Positions 1 through 8,232 of a DNA stretch of 17,098 bases are shown here, in pieces; positions within the stretch are counted from its first letter, which is position 1; each line of letters opens with the position of its first letter. The DNA comes from an uncultured bacterium (GTDB taxonomy: Bacteria; Lernaellota; Lernaellaia; Lernaellales; Lernaellaceae). The stretch lies in NCBI GenBank assembly GCA_964534375.1, contig CAZHPN010000136.1, forward strand, positions 1 to 17,098, given 5' to 3'. The notes beneath the pieces are model-generated. The model searched no databases, was not told the origin of the DNA, and saw only the letters and a program-made list of their open reading frames with translations. The translations under genes and the position numbers were made by a program.

Positions 1-1355
1 GCTGCCAGATGCAGGGCTCGATCTTCGTCGACTGCGACGGCGCCGCGCTGCGCAACCCGATGATCTACATGGACGCGCGGGCCACCAAACAAATCGAGGA
101 CGCGCTCTACACCGGCCCGCTGCGCATCGAGAAAATCAACGCCTTCAAGCTGCTGCCGTCGTTGTGGATCACCGGCGGCATGGCCGCGACCGCGAAAGAC
201 CCATTGTGGAAATATCACTGGGTCCGCGAAAACGAACCCGCCGTGTTCGGCGCGGCGTACAAGTGGCTGGACGTCAAGGACTACCTCGCCGCGCGCTGCA
301 CCGGCCAATTCGCCATGACGCAGGACTCGGCCAATATCACCTTTGTTTACGACACGCGCCCGGGCAAGCTTGGCTGGAGCCGCGAACTCTGCGCGCTGTT
401 CGGCGTCAACCGCGACCATCTGCCGCCCGTGATCAAATCGACCGATCGCGTCGGCGAGCTTGCGGCCGGCGCGGCGCGCGAACTGGGCTTGCGCGAGGGC
501 ACGCCGGTGTTCGGCGGCGGCGGCGACGTGTCGTGCATTTCGCTCGGCGCCGGCTGCACGCGCACGCACGACACGCACATCTACGTCGGCACGTCGGGCT
601 GGGTCGTGGCCAACGTCGAAAAACGCATGGTCGACATCGGCAACTTCATCGCCTCGATTCTCGGCGCCATTCCCGGCCGCTACAACTACGTCGCCGAGCA
701 GGAAACGTCGGGCCTGTGCCTGGCGTGGGTGCGGGATCATCTCGCGCTCGATGAAATCGGCGTCTATCTCGACGGCCGCGGCGGCCCGAAGAACCGCGGC
801 GACCGGCCGCTGTACGAGCTGCTCAACGAGACGGTCGAGCAGACCCCGCCCGGCGCCGGCGGCGTCATCTTCACGCCCTGGCTCCACGGCAACCGCGCCC
901 CGCGCGAAGACCCGTTCGTCCGCGCGATGTTTTTCAACGTCGGCCTGAACACCGGCAAGCGGATGCTCGTGCGCGCGGTGCTCGAGGGCGTCGCCTATCA
1001 CAAGCGCTGGATGCTGGAAGCGATGGAAAAACGCATTCCGCGGCAGAGCAAATTGCGCTTTGTCGGCGGCGGCGCCAAGTCCGAGGTCTGGTGTCAGATC
1101 ATGGCCGATGTCACCGGGCGGACGATCGAGACGATCGAAAACCCGCAGGACGCCGGCGCGGTCGGCGCGGCGATGATCGCCGGCGTCGGGATGGGCGCGA
1201 TCCCGTCGTTCGCGGCGGCCCATTCCTTCGTGCCGCTGAAAAAATCGTACGAGCCGCGCGGCGAATTTCGGGCGCTGTACGACCGCGGATTCGCGGTTTT
1301 CCAAAAACTTTATCAGCAAAACAAGAAATTATTCTGGGCGATGAACCGGGACTGA
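1..1355 (+). CDS. FGGY-family carbohydrate kinase (xylulokinase-like), 5'-truncated by the window edge
   Basis: Frame is open from the window start (C-Q-M-Q-G, resembling the FGGY 'xQMHG' segment). Motifs: IYMDAR, GGGGD, YVGTSGW, PWLHGNRAP, RAVLEGVAY, VGGGAKSEVWCQIMADVTG, GAVGAA. Stop TGA at 1353-1355. Substrate cannot be assigned. Confidence 0.93.
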   Translation, partial: CQMQGSIFVDCDGAALRNPMIYMDARATKQIEDALYTGPLRIEKINAFKLLPSLWITGGMAATAKDPLWKYHWVRENEPAVFGAAYKWLDVKDYLAARCTGQFAMTQDSANITFVYDTRPGKLGWSRELCALFGVNRDHLPPVIKSTDRVGELAAGAARELGLREGTPVFGGGGDVSCISLGAGCTRTHDTHIYVGTSGWVVANVEKRMVDIGNFIASILGAIPGRYNYVAEQETSGLCLAWVRDHLALDEIGVYLDGRGGPKNRGDRPLYELLNETVEQTPPGAGGVIFTPWLHGNRAPREDPFVRAMFFNVGLNTGKRMLVRAVLEGVAYHKRWMLEAMEKRIPRQSKLRFVGGGAKSEVWCQIMADVTGRTIETIENPQDAGAVGAAMIAGVGMGAIPSFAAAHSFVPLKKSYEPRGEFRALYDRGFAVFQKLYQQNKKLFWAMNRD

Positions 1356-1377
1356 TCGTGAAAGGCGGCGGCGCGCG

Positions 1378-2010
1378 GTGGGAAAAAGAGAAAACAATGC
1401 CAAGCGTCAGCGAAAACTCATCTTGCGCGCCGCCGCCGCTCTCTTTTCGAAGAAGGGATACCACAAAGCGTCCGTCGGGGAAATCGCCGAGCGCGCCGGG
1501 GTCGGCAAGGGCACGATTTACCTGTATTTTGCCGACAAGGCGCAGTTGTTCGCGGCGACCGTGACCGAGGGCATGGAAGAGATCATCGGCGGGCTGCGCG
1601 CCGAACTGGAATCCGATCTGCCGTTTCGCGTGCATTTTCAGCGCCTCGTCGAGCGCCACGTGGCGCTGTATTTGCAACACGAGGACCTGACCGGAATTTT
1701 TCACCGCGAGATGTCCAACGGCATCGACCGGCAGACGCTGAAGAAGATCGAGGAAGTGCGCCGCCGTTACGTCGACTTTCTCGCGGACACCCTCGCCGAC
1801 GGCCATCGCCGCGGCTATATCAAGGCGATCGATTTCCATCTCGCGGCCGTCGGCGTGGTCGGCCTGGTCGACGTGTTGTGCAGCGACTATTGGAAAAACG
1901 AACGCCCGCTCGACCGCGGCGAGATCGCGGCCACCGTGTATTCGCTATTGTCGACGGGCCTGACCGCGCCCGAAAAGGCGGCTCCGGCGGCGCGCGGCAA
2001 GACCCGCTAG
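1378..2010 (+). CDS. TetR/AcrR-family transcriptional regulator
   Basis: N-terminal TetR HTH signature: ILRAAAALFSKKGYHKASVGEIAERAGVGKGTIYLYFADKAQLF. GTG start 22 nt after the kinase stop. Confidence 0.95.
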   Translation: MGKRENNAKRQRKLILRAAAALFSKKGYHKASVGEIAERAGVGKGTIYLYFADKAQLFAATVTEGMEEIIGGLRAELESDLPFRVHFQRLVERHVALYLQHEDLTGIFHREMSNGIDRQTLKKIEEVRRRYVDFLADTLADGHRRGYIKAIDFHLAAVGVVGLVDVLCSDYWKNERPLDRGEIAATVYSLLSTGLTAPEKAAPAARGKTR

Positions 2011-2441
2011 ACCCTGTCGACGATCTTGGCCTCGATCAGCACCTGCCCCCAGCCGCCGCAGCCGATGCCCACGTCGTCGCAATGCGCGCGATAAAAAAAT
2101 GGCTTCGGATCGAGGCCTTCATAAATGCGCTCCTGGATCAGCCACATCAGCCGCGCGAACGCCGGCATCAGATAGGGGCAGACCTTTTTCGGCCCGCGGT
2201 GCGCGAGCATGTAGCCTTCGGCCGAAAAGGGAAACTGCTCGCCGACTTTATGTTCGATGTTGCAGCCGTGCGATTCCACAACTTCGAAGATGACGGTCTT
2301 GTTGAGCAGGTCGGCGGCGCGTTCCATGATCCGCTGATTCCGCGGATCGCTCTTGAAGATTTCGAGTTCCTCGTCGGTGTAGCCCAGCCGGTGCTGCATC
2401 AGATTCCACACGCTCTCTCCGACGACGATTTTCTCGCCCAC
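2007..2441 (-). CDS. Conserved hypothetical protein with spaced cysteines, TIGR04076-like putative metal-binding protein
   Basis: AAGGAGG RBS before GTG. Pattern EVVESHGCNIEHKVGEQF...VCPYL...HCDDVGIGCGGWG resembles the TIGR04076 Cys pattern (recalled, not searched). Stop overlaps the tetR stop convergently. Confidence 0.7.
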   Translation of the reverse strand: MGEKIVVGESVWNLMQHRLGYTDEELEIFKSDPRNQRIMERAADLLNKTVIFEVVESHGCNIEHKVGEQFPFSAEGYMLAHRGPKKVCPYLMPAFARLMWLIQERIYEGLDPKPFFYRAHCDDVGIGCGGWGQVLIEAKIVDRV

Positions 2442-2469
2442 GATTCGCCTCCTTCTGTTTGTGCGCCGT

Positions 2470-2910
2470 TCAGTTTTTCGCCGATGCGATCGCCGTTTTC
2501 AGATTCGCCAGCCGCTTGTCGTCCGTCTTCTCGACCATGCGGGCGATGTACCCGGCCCATAATTTCGCCACGCCGTGCGCGTCCATCTCGCATGCGAAAC
2601 GCACGCGCGTGCCCGCGCCTTCCGGCGCGAAGTCGAACGCGAATGACGCGTCCACGCCCATGATCCGCGCTTTCACCGCGTGCCGGCTCGGCCGGTTGTG
2701 CGCCACGACCTCCACCTCGTTGGTCATCTGCCGCCCGCCCTGCCGGCGGACCTGGCGCAGTTTCGCGCCCGCCTCGATCGGCCGCCCGCCGACGACTTCG
2801 CTGCGCACCACCTCCGGCGACCACTTCGGCAGATTCTCCTGATTGGTGACGAAATCGAAGACCTGCTCCGGCGGCGCTTCGATCAATTCCGTCCGGGAAA
2901 ACTTCGTCAT
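2470..2910 (-). CDS. SRPBCC (polyketide cyclase/dehydrase-like, START fold) family protein
   Basis: IEAPPEQVFDFVTNQENLPKW and GAGTRV motifs, C-terminal helix LANLKTAI. GGAGGG RBS supports the ATG at 2910 rather than the ORF-track start at 2952. Confidence 0.9.
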   Translation of the reverse strand: MTKFSRTELIEAPPEQVFDFVTNQENLPKWSPEVVRSEVVGGRPIEAGAKLRQVRRQGGRQMTNEVEVVAHNRPSRHAVKARIMGVDASFAFDFAPEGAGTRVRFACEMDAHGVAKLWAGYIARMVEKTDDKRLANLKTAIASAKN

Positions 2911-3017
2911 GTCCAGCCCTCCTCTCGTTGCGTCTCTACGCATGGATAACATCGACTCGGACTGGCCTTATGTCAATTCCATCTTCGGCGAGATCCGGAA
3001 TGAAATGTAGTTTTTTT

Positions 3018-3091
3018 GACAGGATCAACAGGATCGACGGGATCGATTTATTCTCTGTGTCCTCTGTGAAACCTCCGCGCCCTCTGTGTTT
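3018..3091. repeat. Intergenic ~9-bp-periodic imperfect repeats
   Basis: GACAGGATC-AACAGGATC-GACGGGATC at 3018-3044, then CTCTGTG-type units at 3053-3091. Confidence 0.75.
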
Positions 3092-3106
3092 AAGGCGTCC
3101 TGGCCC

Positions 3107-3940
3107 TCATCGCCCGACGAGGCGGCTGAGCCACGCCGGCCCCATCGGCAATTGCGCGTGAACGTGATCGCCGACGCGCCGCAGCCACGCGAGTTCGTCG
3201 GCGGTCAGCGGCCCGCGATCGAGGGTCTGCAGCGCCTCTTCCATCTGCGCGAAATTTTTCGGGCCGGTCATGCAAACGTCGACGCCCGCCTGCGTGAGCG
3301 CAAAGCGATAGCAATCCGAGGCGCGCGGCGTCGGCGTGTTCGGCGGCATGCGCGCGGGGTCGAGCAACCGGCCCCACCGCGTCGCCGTGTAGATGACGAC
3401 CCCGGGCCGATTGTCCGCCGGCAACTTCGCGAACACCTCGCTCTCGGCGCCGCGGTGCGCCGCGTTGTAACGAACGTGAAAAACGTCGAAACCGCCCTGG
3501 GCCGCGAGCGCCGGGAACAGCGGCCGGTGGTGTCCGGACACGCCCAGCCAACGCACCAGCCCTTTGGCTTTCAACTCGCGGCAAAGGTCGAGAAGGCGTT
3601 CCGCCGGCGGCGCGTTCCACCAACCGAGCAGGAGCACATCCGCATGGTCGAGTTTCAGGTCGCGCAGGAACGACTCGACGCTGCGCCGCAACTGCCAACC
3701 GAAGCGCGTGTAAACCTGCGCGACGATCGCCAGTTGGTCGCGCCGGCCCTGCGCCACGAGGTTCCGGATCGCCTCGGCCATGCCGGGGCTGCGGCGCGAG
3801 CCGTGATAGAAGTAGTTGCAGCCGCGTTCGAACGCCATTTCAAACGCCTTCGCCGGCGCGCCGTAGCCGCCGGACACGCCGAGCCGGCCGACGGTCAGAT
3901 CGGTGTTCCCCAACCGCCGAGCCGCGTGAAAATCGCTCAT
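3107..3940 (-). CDS. Aldo/keto reductase-fold protein with atypical catalytic residues
   Basis: RRLGNTDLTVGRLG, SVESFLRDLKLDHADVLLL, LKAKGLVRWLGVSGH, RYNAAHRGAE, GPKNFAQMEEAL..LDRGPL. GGGAGG RBS before the ATG at 3940. Confidence 0.88.
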   Translation of the reverse strand: MSDFHAARRLGNTDLTVGRLGVSGGYGAPAKAFEMAFERGCNYFYHGSRRSPGMAEAIRNLVAQGRRDQLAIVAQVYTRFGWQLRRSVESFLRDLKLDHADVLLLGWWNAPPAERLLDLCRELKAKGLVRWLGVSGHHRPLFPALAAQGGFDVFHVRYNAAHRGAESEVFAKLPADNRPGVVIYTATRWGRLLDPARMPPNTPTPRASDCYRFALTQAGVDVCMTGPKNFAQMEEALQTLDRGPLTADELAWLRRVGDHVHAQLPMGPAWLSRLVGR

Positions 3941-4085
3941 GCCGTTTCCTCCCGAGCCATCGTTTTGGCCATTATCGACCGCGATTTGCCGCGCGTCCAG
4001 ACGCGGCCGCGATGGCGGCGCCGGCTTGTCACCCCGCGTGCGCTGCGCTAACAATCTGCGCAACGCCGTAATCGCCCGAGGTCCC

Positions 4086-6176
4086 ATGGCCGCCGAAAAA
4101 TCGAACGCCGCGACGCACTCCGCCGGTGAGCGATTTTTCTGGGCCGCGCTGCTGATCGCCGGCGTGGGGCTCTACGCGGTTCGCTTTGTCTCGCATTACT
4201 ACGCGTTCGACGTCGAAACCGCGAAAAACGGCATGCTGGCGCGCGGCATCATCGAAGGCCTGGCGGCGCCGTGGTGGAATTATCAATACAAACCGTTTTC
4301 GCACGGCACGGCGATCTTCGGCCTCGCGCTGACGCCGTTTTTCTATTTCGGCGGCTCGAAATATTTATGGACAAAGCTCCTCTCCGGCGCGATGGTCGTC
4401 CTCGGCGCGATCTTTTGGACGGTCGCCGTGCGGCGTTGCTGGGGCCGCAAGCCGGCGATCGTTTTCGCCCTCCTGTGCATTCTGCCGCCGCCGCGTTTCG
4501 AGGCGCTGCTGCACGCGTCGTGGGCCAATCACAGCGAAAGCCTGTTCTTCACGGGCCTCTTGCTGCTGTTGTTCGCCAACAAGCCCAATCCGTCGGCGCG
4601 GTCCGGCGCGCTGATCGCGGCCGGCCTGCTCGGCGGTTTCGCCTGCTTTTTTTCGTTCGAAAACGCGCTCTTCTTCGCCGCCCTATTGGTCGGGCTTGTC
4701 ATCTGCCACGGCGTCGGTCTGGCGCGCCGCCTTCTGTTCTTGACGATTCCCGCGTTTCTCTTCGCTTTTTCGCCGCACTTTCTGACGCCGACGTCGTTTC
4801 CGCACGCCATGGTCGATCTCGCCCAGGGCGCTTCCGTGAAAGCGTGGTTTTGGGAACGATACGCCTCGTTTTTCAAGATCCTCTGGACGCTCGCCTGCGA
4901 ATACAAATATCCGCTTTTGTCGAAGGCTTTTTTCCTGGCCGCGGTTTTGGGATATTTCCTGCTCGTCTGGCGAACGGTTCGCACGTGGAACGCCGGGTTG
5001 CCGAAGCTCGACCTGCTGGGCGTCGCGCTGCTGGCGCACTCGGTCATTTTCTTCGGGGCCTACGGTTTTTCCCATTTCTACATGGCGCCGAGCGCGGACT
5101 TCAAAGGCTTCGGCGCCCTGCAATACCTGGCGGTGATTTTCCCGTTCTGGCTGGCGTTTCTGTGCCAGGCCGCGCGTTCGGCGCCGGGTTTTCTGGCCGC
5201 GGCGCTGGCCGCGCCGTTTCTTTTCGGCGGCGCGCTCCATGTCGCCGCCGACCCGCTGCCCGACGCCCGCACGCTGCGCTACGGCTGGGACACGCTGACG
5301 TTCTTCCGCGGCGACGACAACGATTATCTCATCTACGTCGCGCTGCCGCCCACGTGGGGCGCCGAATTCGACGAAACGGCGCGGTCGGTCGAAGCGCTGA
5401 CGCCGGCGTGGCGCTGCGACGGGTTCATCTCCGCCGGCGCGGGGCTCTCGTTTTCGCAGGTCCATAACGCGCTCGCCGGCAGCGCATTACGCGACCGCGA
5501 ACAGGCCGGCTGCCTGGTGCGCGGTTTCGCCGGCCACGAAGCCGCCGGTTTCGCCGGCGCCAAGACCATAGAATCGGTCGACGAGTTTCAATTGCGTCGG
5601 GATTTGGCGCGCTTCGCAGCGGACGATCCGCTCTTGGCGCAAAACTACTTCGAGGGCTTTGGCGCCGGCTTGCTGCCCTCGCCGTTCCGCTTTGACTCCG
5701 CGATTTTCGATTTTTACGGCTGGCTGATCGCCGGCGGCGACCTGAATCAAACGTCGCCCGACATTCAGCGCGTTTGCTCGCATATCCGCTATTATTTCGA
5801 ACTCGCCGGGCGCGAGGCGCCCGACCCGGCGGCGGCCCGCGCCTCTCTCTTTCGCGGTTTCGGCAAATGGCTGGGCGCCATTGCGGCCGCCGCCCGCGTC
5901 CGACTCCGGCCGGAGGACGAACCGCCGGAGCGAGCCTTTTTGCGAATGATCGCCGCGCTCACCGGCGCGCCCGTAACCGACGCCGAAATCGCGGCGCTCC
6001 GCCGCGGCGTGGCGGCGGGCGAGGCCCACGCCTTGCAAAATTACGCGAACCGCTTTCAGGTCGTGCCCCCCTTTGACGGCCTCGACCTGCTCATCGACGA
6101 GGCCGCGAAAAACGGCGTGGTCATCAGCAAAGTCGCCGGCCCGCGCGAGGAATATCGGCTCGACGAGAAAAAGTGA
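4086..6176 (+). CDS. Polytopic membrane protein, probable GT-C fold glycosyltransferase (ArnT/PMT-like) with a soluble C-terminal domain
   Basis: Many hydrophobic segments in the first ~390 aa. Acidic D-x-E in the loop after TM1 (YYAFDVETA), plus later NHSES motif. GAGGT RBS before the ATG at 4086. The family call is inferred from topology. Confidence 0.6.
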   Translation: MAAEKSNAATHSAGERFFWAALLIAGVGLYAVRFVSHYYAFDVETAKNGMLARGIIEGLAAPWWNYQYKPFSHGTAIFGLALTPFFYFGGSKYLWTKLLSGAMVVLGAIFWTVAVRRCWGRKPAIVFALLCILPPPRFEALLHASWANHSESLFFTGLLLLLFANKPNPSARSGALIAAGLLGGFACFFSFENALFFAALLVGLVICHGVGLARRLLFLTIPAFLFAFSPHFLTPTSFPHAMVDLAQGASVKAWFWERYASFFKILWTLACEYKYPLLSKAFFLAAVLGYFLLVWRTVRTWNAGLPKLDLLGVALLAHSVIFFGAYGFSHFYMAPSADFKGFGALQYLAVIFPFWLAFLCQAARSAPGFLAAALAAPFLFGGALHVAADPLPDARTLRYGWDTLTFFRGDDNDYLIYVALPPTWGAEFDETARSVEALTPAWRCDGFISAGAGLSFSQVHNALAGSALRDREQAGCLVRGFAGHEAAGFAGAKTIESVDEFQLRRDLARFAADDPLLAQNYFEGFGAGLLPSPFRFDSAIFDFYGWLIAGGDLNQTSPDIQRVCSHIRYYFELAGREAPDPAAARASLFRGFGKWLGAIAAAARVRLRPEDEPPERAFLRMIAALTGAPVTDAEIAALRRGVAAGEAHALQNYANRFQVVPPFDGLDLLIDEAAKNGVVISKVAGPREEYRLDEKK

Positions 6177-6340
6177 CAAGTCGCGGCCGCATCGGCGCCA
6201 ACTATTGAAACTGGCGCGCACGCTGGATACCGATCGGTGGGTTGAATAGGTCGGATAGGCCCCAGAGGTCTCATGGAGGTCCTGATAGAGAACGTCGATT
6301 TTCTCGGATCGACCGATTTTTGCGAACGCATCCTCCGCAC

Positions 6341-6420
6341 AATGGCGAATGGCGAATGGCGAATGCAGAATTGCCGACGTCGCCCGAAATTCGCCATTTG
6401 CCATTCAACATTCTACATTC
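6341..6420. repeat. Heptamer tandem repeat forming an imperfect inverted repeat
   Basis: (AATGGCG)x3 AATGCAG on the left arm and ATTCGCC ATTTGCC ATTCAAC ATTCTAC on the right arm, between two convergent genes. Confidence 0.85.
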
Positions 6421-6553
6421 CGGTTTGCCGTCCCAAGAAACGTATAGTTCGCAGCCATCGGTGGTCGGCAGGCCGAGGTGGCATTTATCGACGATCTCTA
6501 TAGCCCGGGCCCCGCCCCTTCTACTCCGCCGGCCGGCATCGAAGTCTGCGAGT

Positions 6554-7987
6554 TCAAAATTTGATTTGGCCCGTGCGCGCCAACCGGCGGGCGTTGCGAA
6601 CCACGGCTTCCCGCGCCCTTTTCACGTCTGCCGCCGAGGCGGCGCCGGTACGCTCGACTTCCGCGGCGACGATCGGCGCTGCGTGAACCGGCAGGCAACG
6701 GAGCAATTTCTCGCGCGTTGCGTCGTCGGCGGCAGACAATGCGGCGGCCGCATCGCCCACCGCGGTCGCCGCGAGAACGCGGCGCAGGTCGGCGTCTTCC
6801 AGCCGAAGCAGGTCGGTGAAGGCGAGGCGCTGCCGGCCCATCTGCGCGGCCAACTCGGGTTCGTCTTTTGTCAGCTTTTCCAGAATGGCGTCCGCGGTTT
6901 CGTCCGGCAGATCGCCGAGAATGTCAGCGACGGCCGCGACGCCGCCGGCCGGTTCGCCTGGGTCGGCGGCGAGCGCCGCCAACTCGCGGCCGAGAACCTC
7001 GATCACTTCCTCCAACGCGCCGGGCGCCGCCTCGTTCAGCCGCGCGACGCGGCGCACGACTTCGGCGCGCAAATCCGGCGCGAGGCCCGCGACGACTTGC
7101 GCCGCGGCGTCGGGCGGCAGGCGGGCCAGGACAAAAGCGATCGTTTGCGGATGTTCGCGCTGCAGCACCGCGGCGATCGCCCGCGGGTCGCTGCGGCGCA
7201 CGCGTTCAAGTTGACGCTCGAACGCCAGACGCCGCAAGACGTGCCGCGCCTCCGCCGGGTCCAGCGCCTGATCGACGAGGTTCGCGGCGAAGTCGCCGCC
7301 GGCCGGGGCCAGGTGCGCTTCCCGCGTCAGCCGGCGGATGAATTCATCGAGAATCGCCTGCATGGTTTCGGGCGCGACGCCGTCGATGCCGGCGATGGCG
7401 CCGGCCGCAACGCGGACCTCGTCTTCGTTCAGCCGGCGGAAAACCTCGATCGCTAGATCCTCGCCCAGAAACATCAACAAGGCCGCGGCTTTTTTGGCGC
7501 CGGGAACCGTCCGCCGCCCGCCGGCGGTCTCCTCTGGCGCGCGTTCGGGCAGGTTCAGCCAGCGTTTGACGACCATCGCAACCGCTTCGCTATCGTTGGC
7601 CGCAAAGCGCCGCAAATCGGCTTTTTCTTTTTGGAGTCGGCCGAGCGTTTCGGCAGGCGGCTGGCCGGTCGCGGGCGGCCGGAGGTTGGCGGCGGCGCCG
7701 CCTGCGACCAGCGCCTCGAGTTCGCCGATCGTCAGCGCGGCCAGACGTTCGGGCGGCAGGTCATACATTGGCGGGAAATCGAGCGCGGTTTTCACCCGCC
7801 CGGGCCGTCGGTAAACGACGTAGAGCAACAAACAGCCGCAGACCGCGGCGACGATCGCGAAACCGACCACGAGCCACGGCGTGGCCGCGTCGTCGCTCGC
7901 GCCGGAGAACGCTTCGGCGGCGCGCGGCGCGACGACCACCGACCACGCGGCAATCAGCGATAGCAATATCGTGCGCAATGCAGTCAT
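6554..7987 (-). CDS. fliG: Membrane-anchored FliG-like protein: signal peptide + TM + FliF C-terminal-like tail fused to FliG N/M/C domains
   Basis: FliG motifs: GAKKAAALLMFLGEDLAIEVFRRLNEDEV, REHPQTIAFVL, GGVAAVADIL, RRLARTGQI. The ~160-aa N-terminal extension has an AEA-type signal peptide, a TM helix ending VVYRRP, and LRRFAANDSEAVAMVVKRWL. Start set at ATG 7987 because ATG 8035 lies inside the sigma-54 promoter. Confidence 0.88.
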   Translation of the reverse strand: MTALRTILLSLIAAWSVVVAPRAAEAFSGASDDAATPWLVVGFAIVAAVCGCLLLYVVYRRPGRVKTALDFPPMYDLPPERLAALTIGELEALVAGGAAANLRPPATGQPPAETLGRLQKEKADLRRFAANDSEAVAMVVKRWLNLPERAPEETAGGRRTVPGAKKAAALLMFLGEDLAIEVFRRLNEDEVRVAAGAIAGIDGVAPETMQAILDEFIRRLTREAHLAPAGGDFAANLVDQALDPAEARHVLRRLAFERQLERVRRSDPRAIAAVLQREHPQTIAFVLARLPPDAAAQVVAGLAPDLRAEVVRRVARLNEAAPGALEEVIEVLGRELAALAADPGEPAGGVAAVADILGDLPDETADAILEKLTKDEPELAAQMGRQRLAFTDLLRLEDADLRRVLAATAVGDAAAALSAADDATREKLLRCLPVHAAPIVAAEVERTGAASAADVKRAREAVVRNARRLARTGQIKF

Positions 7988-8022
7988 CGACCCTGCGACA
8001 AAAAAGTCCTGAATTACGTGCT

Positions 8023-8040
8023 TAGCAAACACCATGCCGG
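8023..8040 (-). promoter_or_regulatory. Sigma-54 (-24/-12) promoter of the fliG-like gene
   Basis: Minus strand reads CCGGCATGGTGTTTGCTA: GG(8038-8037)-N10-GC(8026-8025), close to the consensus TGGCAC-N5-TTGCW, about 38 nt upstream of the ATG. Confidence 0.85.
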
Positions 8041-8052
8041 CGCGTTTGTTGC

Positions 8053-8080
8053 GAAAACCGCCTCAAATTGGCGGATTTTC
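8053..8080 (-). terminator. Hairpin, possible intrinsic terminator of the upstream Cys-rich gene
   Basis: Minus strand: CCGCC-AATTTGA-GGCGG followed by TTTT. Short stem; it could instead be a protein-binding palindrome. Confidence 0.35.
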
Positions 8081-8106
8081 CCTATGTCGGCGGCGCTTGG
8101 CCTCTG

Positions 8107-8128
8107 GCCCGTCAACATTTTGACGGGC
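8107..8128. promoter_or_regulatory. Palindromic putative enhancer (UAS), FleQ-type GTC-N8-GAC box
   Basis: GCCCGTCAA-CATT-TTGACGGGC with perfect 9-bp arms and core GTCAACATTTTGAC, about 100 bp upstream of the predicted sigma-54 transcription start. Confidence 0.65.
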
Positions 8129-8168
8129 ATGAGCGATCTGTCCAACCGTGCCGATCATGCCGATTAGC

Positions 8169-8222
8169 GTGCATTCGCGGCCTGCCCCGACGTAGCCTCG
8201 GCGAAGTCGGGTGCATTCGCGG
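8169..8222. repeat. 12-bp direct repeat GTGCATTCGCGG flanking a 30-nt hairpin-containing insert
   Basis: Copies at 8169-8180 and 8211-8222. The insert contains CCGAC...GTCGG. The exact reverse complement of the 12-mer occurs at 13337-13348. Confidence 0.75.
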
Positions 8223-8232
8223 TTCCAGCGCT

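Noticed and set aside
6240..6420. CRISPR array in the repeat-rich intergenic region
   Set aside because: Units are 7-9 bp tandem repeats with no unique 25-45-bp spacers, and no cas genes are present.
6273..6503. 76-aa ORF in the intergenic region
   Set aside because: It runs through the heptamer repeats (MANGEWRM…) and has no recognisable motif.
6419..6520. c-di-GMP-I riboswitch (minus strand contains GGGACGGCAAACC)
   Set aside because: The motif pieces are in the wrong order, no GAAA-tetraloop/receptor architecture is evident, and it lies downstream of convergent genes.
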